Shown: positions 16,655 through 25,859 of the stretch, in pieces
Numbering within the stretch: the first letter of the stretch is position 1
Layout of the letters: each line of letters starts with the position of its first letter
Assembly (NCBI GenBank): GCA_016202645.1
Contig: JACQOF010000127.1
Span: 71,714 to 135,713 of the forward strand
DNA from: a bacterium
GTDB taxonomy: Bacteria > Lindowbacteria > 2-12-FULL-62-27
Direction: 5' to 3'
Length of the DNA: 64,000 bases
The notes under the pieces: model-generated
The model's database searches: none
The model's input: only the letters and a program-made list of their open reading frames with translations
What the model was told of the DNA's origin: nothing
Translations under genes and position numbers: made by a program

Positions 16655-17238
16655 GACCCGCTTTCCTCCGACGAGGTCCTTGGCTTCTTCTTCTCCTTCG
16701 CAGGCTTGGCCGGCCCGGCCGGAGAACCCGTGGCGGGGTTTCGGAACATGATGTAGCGGACTTGCGTGACGTCGATCTTCAGGTCGCCGTAGGTCGTCGC
16801 CACGCGGATGTCGCGCGCGGAAAATCCCTCGATCTTGCCGGTCACGTAGTCGGCGTTCCGGAGATATATCCGGTCGGCGGTCGAGGTCGTGTATTCCGAC
16901 GCAAGCGTCTCCTCGCCGATCATGTCCATGTCGACGTAGCGGATGAACGGCAGTTTCACGGAAATGTCCGACTCGAAATTGCTGATGAACCGGAATGATC
17001 CCTTGCTTCGGTAGCCGCCGCCCTCATACTTGATGGCCTTGAGGACGTCCCCGGTCGTGAGATGCACCGTGAACTTGAAACTCCGCGACGCCTCGTCCGC
17101 CTTGCGGTCGACTTTGCTCTTCTTCACTCCCCCCAAAATCTGATCGAAAATGTTCTCGGCCCGAACGGCCGCCGGAACCGCAAGGATGAGCGCTCCCAGA
17201 AGCGCCATCCTGCACATGCGATACACCATATGTCTCAC
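16651..17238 (-). CDS. secreted hypothetical protein
   Basis: Signal peptide MALLGALILAVPAAVRA, coding-like composition and a Lys/Pro-rich tail. No family recognised. Confidence 0.6.
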   Translation of the reverse strand: MRHMVYRMCRMALLGALILAVPAAVRAENIFDQILGGVKKSKVDRKADEASRSFKFTVHLTTGDVLKAIKYEGGGYRSKGSFRFISNFESDISVKLPFIRYVDMDMIGEETLASEYTTSTADRIYLRNADYVTGKIEGFSARDIRVATTYGDLKIDVTQVRYIMFRNPATGSPAGPAKPAKEKKKPRTSSEESGS

Positions 17239-17310
17239 CTCCCGAATGTTTGAAAACCTGGCGTCAGTGTAAAACGGCTGAATCCATGCGTCAACATCAT
17301 TCCCGCGATA

Positions 17311-18585
17311 TTATGGCGAAGGACGGTCCACTTCCAGACTCACCTCGAGCGGATCGTCGAAATAGGGGCGCGGGACGGCTTCGATGTTGAAGGCGGTCTC
17401 GATCGACCAGAACGTCACCTCGGCCGGGCCGACCTGGCCCTGGGTGTTGGCGATGTAGAGAGGGAGAATCGCCTGGGGGCGGGTCTCGAAAAGAACGACG
17501 CCGGCTGGATTGGTGAAAACAAGACGCATGGAAAGACGCCGCCACCCGTCGATCCACGGGTCGGCGACCGAGGCCGGAAGGGTCAAGGACACGGGCTTGT
17601 CGAAAAGGTCGGAGCGGTCGAACGCCAGTTTGAACTGTTCGGCGCCCTCCGGCGCGGCCTGGCCCAGCCGTCGGACGGCGTAAAGCCAGAAATTGAAATA
17701 ATCCGGCCGGACGCTGATGTTCAGGGGGATCTTGACGTTGACCCGCGCCGAGTCCGACGCGATTTCCGTGACGTCGGGATCGCCGATGCTGAAATCGAAC
17801 GCGTTCGCCCGGGCCAGCTCAAGCAAGTCTGAAACCGAATCGACGGATGACGCGCCCATTGCGCGGGTTTCCTCGACGGGGGCCCGCATGACCGCGCGGC
17901 CGGCGAGGACGAAGGCCATCTTCGAGATGGCGGCGAGGGCCGGCTTGAAGTGCGGGTCCTGGTCGATCGCCGTCTGAAAATACTGCCGGGCCTGGTCCCG
18001 GTCGCCGTGATCGTTTGCGTCAAGGCCCATGGCGTAATAGGCGAAGGCTTTCACGTCCGTGGTCGGCAGCTGCATCATCGCGATGACTTCGTGGTCGGTC
18101 AGGCCGGCGCCGACGAGTTCAATGACTTTCAGGGCGAGCTCCTTCTGAAGAAACATCAGGTCGTCGACGGAGCCTTCGACTTGGCGCCATCCCCGCATGG
18201 ATCCGTCTTTGGCCAGGAAAACCCGGGACTCGATGACGAGCGCCGTGTCCTGGCGCGTGATGCGGCCGGTGATGACGTGCGTGGCGCCGGTGAGTTTCCC
18301 GATCCGCATGTTCCGCTGGGCAATATATTTTTTTTCGGTGGCCGGAGGATAGAGACGCGTTACCTCCTCGATCTTGTCACGCGGCAGAACCTTGAACCGG
18401 TCGGTCTTCTCAAAATCCCGGACCAACAGGTCAACCAGGCCTTTCGGAAGCCAGTCCATGCGGTCGTCGCCGGTGGCGTTGTCGAAATAGAGAATGGCCA
18501 CGACGGGCACGGGGGCAAAATCTTTTGAAGCCTGAACCGGAGCGCCGGCGAGAACCAACAGGGCCAAACAGAGGACTCGTCTCAT
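17311..18585 (-). CDS. secreted protein with CsgG/LpoB-like N-terminal domain and TPR-like middle
   Basis: Signal peptide MRRVLCLALLVLAGAPVQA. VVAILYFDNATGDDRMDWLPKGLVDLLVRDF...GATHVITGRI resembles the CsgG/FlgO/LpoB fold pattern. Confidence 0.6.
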   Translation of the reverse strand: MRRVLCLALLVLAGAPVQASKDFAPVPVVAILYFDNATGDDRMDWLPKGLVDLLVRDFEKTDRFKVLPRDKIEEVTRLYPPATEKKYIAQRNMRIGKLTGATHVITGRITRQDTALVIESRVFLAKDGSMRGWRQVEGSVDDLMFLQKELALKVIELVGAGLTDHEVIAMMQLPTTDVKAFAYYAMGLDANDHGDRDQARQYFQTAIDQDPHFKPALAAISKMAFVLAGRAVMRAPVEETRAMGASSVDSVSDLLELARANAFDFSIGDPDVTEIASDSARVNVKIPLNISVRPDYFNFWLYAVRRLGQAAPEGAEQFKLAFDRSDLFDKPVSLTLPASVADPWIDGWRRLSMRLVFTNPAGVVLFETRPQAILPLYIANTQGQVGPAEVTFWSIETAFNIEAVPRPYFDDPLEVSLEVDRPSP

Positions 18586-18646
18586 CGGATCGCGACCTTA
18601 TCACAGTGCTGGAAAACCTGTCTATATTGTCCGCTCAGCCCCCGCC

Positions 18647-18717
18647 GTCATTCCCGCGAAAGCGGGAATCCAGTCCGATTTGCGGTTGGTCTGGATGCCC
18701 GCATCCGCGGGCATGAC
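18647..18717. repeat. REP doublet (inverted copy of the 10397 element)
   Basis: gtcattcccgcgaaagcgggaatccag-tccgatttgcggttggt-ctggatgcccgcatccgcgggcatgac. Confidence 0.9.
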
Positions 18718-18762
18718 GAGACCCGTCTTGACAGGATTCGAGCGCTGGTGGATGCTTGGCCC

Positions 18763-19572
18763 ATGAAGACCCTGCGAACGACGGCGATTTTTCTGGCGTT
18801 TTTGTGCCCGGTCCCGGACGATGAGGCGCGAGCGGGATTTCGCATCACCTACGACGCCGTTTCATATTCGACCGTTACGGAAACCACCGTCGAAACCACG
18901 GATCGACGGCAAAACGTCCTGATGATCGACGAGGGACGGCTCCGGACCGTCGGCGGCGATGCCGAGGGGTTTGACTACATCGCGGACGCCCGAGGCGGCT
19001 GGCCCGAGACCGCGGCGGCGGAGATATACGGGGAGGGACTCGACGCGGCCGCCGACGGACGTCCCGTCGTCTACATCCTGGACCAGACCCGGCCGGCCTG
19101 CGCGGAAATTCCGTTTCTCATCGTTGACGGCACGGACACCGGATTCGACACGGCGGGTCTCTGGATCGAATCGGCCGGCGAGGACAAATCGATGATGGGA
19201 TACCGGACTGAACTCTACCGCATCTACGAGGGAGACGCGCTGATCCGGGAAATCTGGACGACGATGGATTTCGGGCTGGGCTTCGACTACATGCGGGTGC
19301 TCGAAAGTTTTGAACGCGAATTCAACAAGATGGCGCCGCAGGAGGATTTTGACGAGACAGCCCGGATATTCCGGCGCGTGAAAGGCGTTCCGCTGGTCGA
19401 CATCGAGTATTATCCGGGCGGCAGGGACGTGCTGGAGGCGAGGACGATCCAGAAAAAGAAATACAAGGACGACGATTTCCGGCCGCCGGAGAATTACACG
19501 CGGGTATCCCTCCGGGAACTCGCGGAAAACCCGCCCGGTCTCAACCACTCGGACGACGTGAACGACCGCTGA
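18763..19572 (+). CDS. secreted hypothetical protein
   Basis: ATG 18763 gives the signal peptide MKTLRTTAIFLAFLCPVP. The track ORF starts at GTG 18748. No family recognised. Confidence 0.6.
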   Translation: MKTLRTTAIFLAFLCPVPDDEARAGFRITYDAVSYSTVTETTVETTDRRQNVLMIDEGRLRTVGGDAEGFDYIADARGGWPETAAAEIYGEGLDAAADGRPVVYILDQTRPACAEIPFLIVDGTDTGFDTAGLWIESAGEDKSMMGYRTELYRIYEGDALIREIWTTMDFGLGFDYMRVLESFEREFNKMAPQEDFDETARIFRRVKGVPLVDIEYYPGGRDVLEARTIQKKKYKDDDFRPPENYTRVSLRELAENPPGLNHSDDVNDR

Positions 19573-20468
19573 GAACATCGTCCACTAACCCTTCCCCCCT
19601 TGAGGGGGAAGTTGGATGGGGGGGTTCAGCTGTCTTCAGATACCCTGAACTGACATCCACCAACGACCGCGCGCTGGACCTGGCGCGGAAGGGGGCGCCC
19701 GACCGGTCTATCGTCATCACCCGCCGGCAGACGGCCGGCCGCGGCCGCGGCGCGAACCGGTGGTGGTCGGACCGCCACGCGCTGACGTTCTCGATCATTC
19801 TTCGCCCCCCGCGCATCCATCCGGCGGCGGTGAGCGCGATTTCTTTGGTGACGGGACTGGCGGTCGCAAGAGCCCTCCGGCGGTTAAACCGAAAATGCGC
19901 CGTCGGCGTCAAATGGCCGAACGATCTGTACGCAGGCGGCCGAAAAGTCGGCGGGATTCTGGTGGAAAGCGAAGTCAGGACCGGTCGACCGGCGTTTTTT
20001 GTCGTCGGGATCGGGATCAATCTGAATTCAACCTTTCGCGGCGCGCCACCCGGCATCCGCAAGTCGGCGGTGTCGCTCAGGCAACTGACGGGCGCGCTGT
20101 GGGATTTCGACGAGACGCTGGCCGGAATTTTGCGGAATCTTTTTTCCCGTGTCGACGATTTTTTAAAAAATGGGTTCGATCCGTTTCACCGGGAATGGCG
20201 CCGGCTCGACGTCATCGCTGACGGCTCGCCCGTCAGGTGTCTCGTCGGAGGGCGGCGTATCGAAGGCCGGTACGCGGGCATTTCGCCGACCGGGGAACTG
20301 CGGATCCGGCCGCCGACGGGACCCGTCGAAACTTTTCTTTCCGGAACTCTTCTGATCGGTCAACGACCCCATGACTGTGCTTCCCGGAATATACCACGAT
20401 TTCGGAGAGGGTGGGATTTGAACCCACGGACCCGCGAGGGTCACACGATTTCGAGTCGTGCTCCTTAG
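19569..20468 (+). CDS. birA: biotin--[acetyl-CoA-carboxylase] ligase (group I, no HTH)
   Basis: ELTSTNDRA, GRGRGANRWWS and KWPNDLY motifs. The first two lie upstream of the first canonical start (ATG 19830). The frame is open back through CTG 19569, which overlaps the upstream stop as CTGA. The 3' end overlaps tRNA-Ser on the opposite strand. Confidence 0.8.
   Translation: MRTSSTNPSPLEGEVGWGGSAVFRYPELTSTNDRALDLARKGAPDRSIVITRRQTAGRGRGANRWWSDRHALTFSIILRPPRIHPAAVSAISLVTGLAVARALRRLNRKCAVGVKWPNDLYAGGRKVGGILVESEVRTGRPAFFVVGIGINLNSTFRGAPPGIRKSAVSLRQLTGALWDFDETLAGILRNLFSRVDDFLKNGFDPFHREWRRLDVIADGSPVRCLVGGRRIEGRYAGISPTGELRIRPPTGPVETFLSGTLLIGQRPHDCASRNIPRFRRGWDLNPRTREGHTISSRAP
19590..19630. repeat. 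G/C-tract palindromic element (CCTCCCCCTCAAGGGGGGAGG family), half unit
   Basis: ccttccccccttgagggggaagttggatgggggggttcagc, homologous to halves at 54361-54450 and 60823-60862. Confidence 0.8.
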
Positions 20469-20487
20469 TCCGCTCGGACACCTCTCC
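20403..20487 (-). tRNA. tRNA-Ser (anticodon CGA), class II with long variable arm
   Basis: Folded by hand: acceptor GGAGAGG/CCTCTCC, anticodon stem CACGA/TCGTG with loop CTCGAAA, variable arm TGACCCTCGCGGGTCC, T-arm GTGGG-TTCAAAT-CCCAC, discriminator G. No CCA is encoded. Confidence 0.9.
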
Positions 20488-20723
20488 AATTTATTTGTAT
20501 CTCGCCACAATATCAGTAAGTTAGAGATTCCGACGAAATAAATCCATTTAATTATTTCGCCACTTGGGTACAAATTGGGTACATTTCGGGAACATTTTCG
20601 TCCTGAATATACTGATCGAATTTACCCATCTGCTCGGCGTTCGTCTTATCAAGAGTGACGGCGTATCGCAAGGTAACGTTGCGCGCTTTTGATTTTCCTT
20701 CGCGTTTTCCCAATAGGACAACG

Positions 20724-20954
20724 TCAACTGCGGGCTTTGATCCTGGCCAGCATCCGGCGATAGAGATCGTCGGCCTTGCGATGGAGACGGCCGGCCCATT
20801 GATATTCCGGCGCGAGAATGGCAAGACCGGCGACGATAAACGGCAATCCCCAGCCGGGGACGAGGACGGGTACGCTCACCACAATGCCCACCATGAACAG
20901 AACAAACCCCATGGCGCGGCGGAGGATTTTCCGGATGGCGGTCAGAACCGCCAT
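20724..20954 (-). CDS. PGPGW-domain small membrane protein
   Basis: 76 aa. LVPGWGLPFIVAGLAILAPEYQWA is the PGPGW family signature, with two TM helices. Confidence 0.7.
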   Translation of the reverse strand: MAVLTAIRKILRRAMGFVLFMVGIVVSVPVLVPGWGLPFIVAGLAILAPEYQWAGRLHRKADDLYRRMLARIKARS

Positions 20955-21673
20955 GAAGTGGAAATAGAGGCGGCAGTTTCGTCCAACAGCCGGACTTCGA
21001 TTGCGGCGGCGAATTTTGATCCGGGCATGAATTCCGCGCCCAAGAGAACGCCGAATTGATCTTCGGATTCCACCCTCGAATTGATTCCGGCGACCTTGGT
21101 TTTGACTCTGACGTCGGAGATTTTGAGGCCGAAATAGGGAGTCCAGACGGCGAAGGGTCGGGCGATCGTGGCGGCGAAATGTACTTCTTCGAGATCGGCG
21201 TCACCCCGATTGACGCCGCCGAGCTTCAGTTCGTGGCCCGGCGAGGACAAAAATCGAAAGTCTCCACCGAGGCGAAAATCGTCAAATAGTTCCATCGATG
21301 CGCGTGCGCCCAGACCCCATGAGAAGGAAGACCCCATGTCAAACGTGCCCACGCTTGCGCCGGTCGCGTCCGCTTTGTCCTTCAGTTTGGCGTCCGACAG
21401 GCCCGCCAAAAGATAGGCGGAAAGGTGTTCCGTGAAATTGACGCCGGCGTTGGCCACGAAACCGGTTTTCACGATTTCAAATTTATCTTTCGGCGCGACG
21501 GCATCAACCGCGTCCGCCGTCGTATGGGCGGCGGCAAGCCCGACAAAGAATCGGTGATCCGAGAGGTTGATGTTGCCGACGCTCAATGCGCCGGCCGGCC
21601 CCGCCGCAAGGGCGATCAAGAGCAAGGCTGAAGAAACATGGGTGGTGGTTCGTATCCTGTGTTCATTGCTCAT
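20942..21673 (-). CDS. small outer-membrane beta-barrel protein (OmpW/OmpA-barrel-like)
   Basis: Start at ATG 21673 (MSNEHRIRTTTHVSSALLLIALAAGPAGA). Alternating strand pattern, with a C-terminal ...ASISTSWRF aromatic terminus. Confidence 0.65.
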   Translation of the reverse strand: MSNEHRIRTTTHVSSALLLIALAAGPAGALSVGNINLSDHRFFVGLAAAHTTADAVDAVAPKDKFEIVKTGFVANAGVNFTEHLSAYLLAGLSDAKLKDKADATGASVGTFDMGSSFSWGLGARASMELFDDFRLGGDFRFLSSPGHELKLGGVNRGDADLEEVHFAATIARPFAVWTPYFGLKISDVRVKTKVAGINSRVESEDQFGVLLGAEFMPGSKFAAAIEVRLLDETAASISTSWRF

Positions 21674-21733
21674 GGATTGTCTCCTATTCCGTTTCTGAAA
21701 TGGCGGATCGCAATTCCGATTGTTTCTCACGCG

Positions 21734-23815
21734 TTATTCACCTTTCTTGATCGCCTTCAACCGATCCTTGAAATACTCGGCCTCGGTGGCACGTCCCAAT
21801 TGTTTGTAGACGAACGCTAGATTTTTGATGACGGATTCGAGTTTGGGGTCGTTGGGTCCCAGCGCCTTTTCTTTCAGATCAAGGGCGCGCACGAGAAGCG
21901 GTTCGGCGTCACTGTAGCGACTTTGATCAAGATAGAGGGTGGCCAATCGCTCGATGAGGTTTGACAATTTCAGAGGCCCAGGGTCGAGTTCTTTTTCCCG
22001 GATGGCCAGCGCCCGTTTGTAGAGCCGTTCGGCCTCCTCGCGGTCACCCCGGACGTGACGAAGCTGGGCCAAATTATAGAGACCCGCGGCCATAAACGGA
22101 TGATCCAGACCCTGGGATTTCTCCGTAATCTCCAACGCGCGCCTGATCAAGCGTTCGGCCTCGTCGGGATTGCTGGAACTGTAGAGCATTCCCAGATTGA
22201 GAAGCCGACGGGCGACTTCGGGATGATTGGGTCCCATTGTTTTTTCGGATACGGCGGCCAGGCGTCTGTAAATCGGCTCGAGTTCGCCGTCCCGCTTCTC
22301 TTTCTGATAGAGCGCCTCCAAAAAGTGCAGGATGGAAACCACCTGCGGGTCGTCGGGACCGGCGGCTTTTTCCATGATCGTCATGGCGCGAAGGTATAAT
22401 GGTTCCGCCTCCGATTTTCTGCCCCTGTCGTCAGACAAGCGGGCCAGATGAATCAGTTCGGCCGCCGTGGTCGGATGTTCCGGGCCATACGAATCTTGCG
22501 CGATGGCGAGGGCGCGTCTAAGAAGCCGTTCGGCGGCGTCATGCCTGTCCCACTGTTGATGGAGCTGGGCGAGGCCGTTCAAACTTTCAATCAGCTCCCA
22601 ATGATCGCGGCCGAAAAATTTCTCCTGTACGGCCAGAGACTGTTTGAAAAAACTCTCCGCTTGGGCGGCGTCTTTCCAGGAATAGAGTTTTCCCAGATGA
22701 TATAAGCTCTGCGCCACTTTGGGATGATTCAGCCCGTACTTTTCCGTCCGAAGGTTCATGGCCTGCCGAATATGCATGTGCGCGTCCGATAATTTGAGTT
22801 GAGCCATCTCAAGAAGCCCCAAGAGGTCGATGGCGTCGGCATTGTTGCGATCCTGGGCAAGAACGCGCAGGCTCCCGACGCGGGCCTGATTCGTATCGTT
22901 TTCTCGATATGCCTGCCATGCCCGGTCCATTTCCTTTACGGCATCCCGTTTACGGGACAGCGGCCACGGTTTCCAAAGCGACTTGGGGGGAGTCGTCTTC
23001 CGACGCGCCACACCAGGCGATGGAGAGGGGCGGGACCGGTCGGTGACGAACCACGTGTCGGAGAGAAATTGGAGTTTGGCGCGCAGGCCCGCATGGGCCT
23101 TGGCGATGATCTGGAGGCGACGGTGGATATTGTCGGGCGGATAGCGATTGTCCTCAAACGAGAACGCCCTCTCAAAAATGACGCCGGTGTCGAAGGCGGC
23201 CGTGATGATGTGGACGCCGTCTTTGCGGTGGCGAATGACGACCCGGCGAAGGGTTGTGACGGGATTGGCGGGGAGCCATTCATTATGGAGAAGGTTGACC
23301 CAGCCGTCGTCGTTTCTGTAGAAAAGAACTTCGTTGGTTCCGTCTCCGTGGCGGAGAAACCGGATCATATATCCGGAGCGGTCGCCGGTGCGGCTGTTGG
23401 CCAGTGAGCCGTAACCGAATGGCGGCAAAGCCAGTCCGGACCCCGGGCCGAGGGCGTAACAAACAAAAAGGGAATTGGACATTTCGGCGCCGCCGCCGCC
23501 CATATGCAACGTGATTTCACGCTCGGCGGGGTCGATGGGTGAAACGGGCAGAGTGCATTCAATGCCGTTCGGCGGGCTGTTGGGCGTGTTGGTGTAGGAC
23601 AGGACGAGATTGCCTTTGGAGATTCGATGGTCGGACGAGCGGACGTCAAAGACCTGCGTGTTTTTGGAAATCGGCGTGTCAAAATTTTCTCTGAAGAGAA
23701 GCGCCGCGGCGGATTCGGAGACCGTCATGACGACAAAAAAACCGGCGGCGAGGAGGTAGAACGCCGCCGGGCAAAAACTATAAAACCGGAACGGGCAGGC
23801 GACTGGAATCCGCAT
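21734..23815 (-). CDS. TPR-repeat protein (TPR_12-type) with N-terminal beta-rich secreted domain
   Basis: N-terminal anchor, about 260 aa of non-TPR domain, then about 8 long TPRs (HP.VA..L.NLG.LY... repeated). Confidence 0.75.
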   Translation of the reverse strand: MRIPVACPFRFYSFCPAAFYLLAAGFFVVMTVSESAAALLFRENFDTPISKNTQVFDVRSSDHRISKGNLVLSYTNTPNSPPNGIECTLPVSPIDPAEREITLHMGGGGAEMSNSLFVCYALGPGSGLALPPFGYGSLANSRTGDRSGYMIRFLRHGDGTNEVLFYRNDDGWVNLLHNEWLPANPVTTLRRVVIRHRKDGVHIITAAFDTGVIFERAFSFEDNRYPPDNIHRRLQIIAKAHAGLRAKLQFLSDTWFVTDRSRPSPSPGVARRKTTPPKSLWKPWPLSRKRDAVKEMDRAWQAYRENDTNQARVGSLRVLAQDRNNADAIDLLGLLEMAQLKLSDAHMHIRQAMNLRTEKYGLNHPKVAQSLYHLGKLYSWKDAAQAESFFKQSLAVQEKFFGRDHWELIESLNGLAQLHQQWDRHDAAERLLRRALAIAQDSYGPEHPTTAAELIHLARLSDDRGRKSEAEPLYLRAMTIMEKAAGPDDPQVVSILHFLEALYQKEKRDGELEPIYRRLAAVSEKTMGPNHPEVARRLLNLGMLYSSSNPDEAERLIRRALEITEKSQGLDHPFMAAGLYNLAQLRHVRGDREEAERLYKRALAIREKELDPGPLKLSNLIERLATLYLDQSRYSDAEPLLVRALDLKEKALGPNDPKLESVIKNLAFVYKQLGRATEAEYFKDRLKAIKKGE

Positions 23816-23824
23816 CGGACGGCG

Positions 23825-24910
23825 TCAGCGAAGTTTGAAATTCAGTTTGATGACGATGGCCTCTCGAAATCCGGTCGGCTCAAAAACCCACTGCAAAACG
23901 GCATCGCGGGCGTCGGCGTCAATTTCCTTGAAACCGCTGGTTTTCTCCACCTCCGCCGACTCGACCTTGCCCGCGGCCGAGACGATCACCCGTAATGTGA
24001 CGACGCTGTTGAGTCCTTTGCGTTCAAACCAATCAGGAACGGCGGGCAGAGGCGACCGGATAATGGACCTGCGAGTTGAGAGTTCGGTCCCATCGGGTCG
24101 GCCGATGGATGAGGGGAGGTCCGCGGATGAAAGAGAGATGTAATCCGCGCCCTTTGAGCCTCTGGAACCGGCTTGGGAAGACGGCACATCAAACGAGACG
24201 ACGTGTGTTTTTTCCGCCGCCGGCACAGGGCCGCCGATTTTTGGGACGGGCATTTCAACCTGGCCGGGGTCGTAGATGGACTGTTCCGAGGAATGAGCGG
24301 AGGGCTTCGGACGATCTGACCACTTTTCCGGCAAATCGCGCGAGAGGGGAATGTCTTTATTGGCCGGGGGTAGAATGGCGCGGCCGCCGAAATAGTCCGG
24401 CCGGGTTCCAATCCCGGCCGCGGCCATGCGAGGCGCTTGGTGGGGCACAGATCGCGAAGGCCCGACGGGTCGGCTGGGCGTCGCGGCTTTCCGGTCTTTG
24501 ACGATCGTGCGCGGTTGTTCCTTGACGATCCGTGATTTGGCGAGGTCCGCCATGGCGCTCGACGGGGCGGGCATGAATCGGACGGCGATGGCGCGGCCGG
24601 TCCGGTCAATCAGGCGGGACGAGTGAATCATGCCGTGGGATGCGATGTAGAGGGAAACGAGAAATGAGACGACGGAAATCAGGGCGCTGCGCGCGTCGCG
24701 GCGGTTCCGCTCGGTCGACAGGTACTCGCGAGTCCATCGGCCGAGGATATCCAGCGCGGCTCCGAGAACCCGCGCCGAGCGGTTTTGTTTTCTCGTCTGC
24801 GCCGAGCGGATATACAAGCGTCGTGGATCCAAGGCGCTACCCTTGCGCGGTTGTCGTGGCGACGGTGGCCTCGACGAAACCGGCGCGTTTTGCGGCGTCG
24901 ATGACGGCAA
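23825..24910 (-). CDS. tonB: energy transducer TonB
   Basis: TM anchor (ALISVVSFLVSLYIA), a Pro/Ser-rich spacer, and the C-terminal TonB fold VTLRVIVSAAGKVESAEVEKTSGFKEIDADARDAVLQWVFEP. An alternative TTG start at 24832 sits just after the exbD stop. Confidence 0.8.
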   Translation of the reverse strand: MPSSTPQNAPVSSRPPSPRQPRKGSALDPRRLYIRSAQTRKQNRSARVLGAALDILGRWTREYLSTERNRRDARSALISVVSFLVSLYIASHGMIHSSRLIDRTGRAIAVRFMPAPSSAMADLAKSRIVKEQPRTIVKDRKAATPSRPVGPSRSVPHQAPRMAAAGIGTRPDYFGGRAILPPANKDIPLSRDLPEKWSDRPKPSAHSSEQSIYDPGQVEMPVPKIGGPVPAAEKTHVVSFDVPSSQAGSRGSKGADYISLSSADLPSSIGRPDGTELSTRRSIIRSPLPAVPDWFERKGLNSVVTLRVIVSAAGKVESAEVEKTSGFKEIDADARDAVLQWVFEPTGFREAIVIKLNFKLR

Positions 24911-25253
24911 CGACCAGACCGTGCCGCGTGGACCGATCCGCCCGCACGAGGAGGATTTTCGATGCCGAGGCCGCCGCGCGTTCTTGAAGGATCCGGCCGA
25001 GGGCGTTCAAGTCCGGAATTTCGCGGTTGCCGACGAAGAGTTTGCCGTCCTGGGTGATGGCGACTTCGGTGTATTGAGGGATTTCCGCCGGAGTCGACGC
25101 GGCGGCCGGGAGGTCGACTTTGATGCCCGGCTGGCCGCGGAAACTGGTGGTGACGACAACGAACATGAGCAGGAGGATGATCGTGTCAACAAAGGGCACG
25201 ATTTCGAAATCGAGATCGGACAGAAGCATCCGCTGTTTGCGCCGCGCGTTCAT
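24837..25253 (-). CDS. exbD: biopolymer transporter ExbD/TolR
   Basis: 138 aa. LDFEIVPFVDTIILLLMFVVVTTSF...IKVDLP and ...ILLVRADRSTRHGLVVAVIDAAKRAG. Confidence 0.9.
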   Translation of the reverse strand: MNARRKQRMLLSDLDFEIVPFVDTIILLLMFVVVTTSFRGQPGIKVDLPAAASTPAEIPQYTEVAITQDGKLFVGNREIPDLNALGRILQERAAASASKILLVRADRSTRHGLVVAVIDAAKRAGFVEATVATTTAQG

Positions 25254-25837
25254 GCGGCCGACCTTGCTTTCCCCTTTTTCATTCCCTTGAGATACAGCGT
25301 TTCGTACTGGCTGATTTTCCGGGAGAGCAGGCCGTTCAGGTAGAACGCGAAGAACAGGGCGGGAATGGCGATGAGAAGCCCCGTGGCGGTGGTGATGAGG
25401 ACTTCCGAGATGCCCCCTGCGAAATACTCCATCTGCTCCAATCCCTGCTGGGACAATTTGTGAAACACCTTGATGATCCCCAGCGTCGCCCCCAGCAGTC
25501 CCATCAGGGGCGCTCCCTTGTAGATGGCGGCGAGAGCATGCAGGAACCGGCCGATTTCCCTTTCCAGCACCTCCGCCAGTTCCGCGAGCGTGGCCTCGGC
25601 TTCCTCTCCTTCCACGATCACCCGGGCGGGCGCGAAGGATGGCGACTGTCTGGCGGCTTCAAGCAAACCGTGTGACGGAACCATATACAAAAATTCGGCC
25701 TCCTGACGTTTGAATCTCCACAACGCCTGAATCCTTTCGGCGATGATAAACAAGCAAGCGATGGCGGTCGCGTAGAGCGGCCACATCATGAACCCGCCTT
25801 TGGCGGTTATTTCCCACATCTCGTTCATTCGATGCAC
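25250..25837 (-). CDS. exbB: MotA/TolQ/ExbB proton-channel protein
   Basis: 3 TM segments. APLMGLLGATLGIIKVF and GGISEVLITTATGLLIAIPA motifs. Confidence 0.9.
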   Translation of the reverse strand: MHRMNEMWEITAKGGFMMWPLYATAIACLFIIAERIQALWRFKRQEAEFLYMVPSHGLLEAARQSPSFAPARVIVEGEEAEATLAELAEVLEREIGRFLHALAAIYKGAPLMGLLGATLGIIKVFHKLSQQGLEQMEYFAGGISEVLITTATGLLIAIPALFFAFYLNGLLSRKISQYETLYLKGMKKGKARSAA

Positions 25838-25859
25838 ACTCCTTTCCTTTCTGTTTGCT

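Noticed and set aside
20403-20487. Prophage or integrative element at tRNA-Ser.
   Set aside because: There is no integrase, phage or conjugation gene within 10 kb on either side, and no duplicated tRNA 3' segment in the window.
20552-20824. 90-aa minus-strand ORF (possible ~53-aa protein ending ...MGKFDQYIQDENVPEMYPICTQVAK) upstream of tRNA-Ser.
   Set aside because: Its 5' half overlaps the PGPGW gene in another frame, and the rest lies in an AT-rich probable promoter region. There is no RBS or recognisable family. A weak ribbon-helix-helix-like pattern is not enough to call it.
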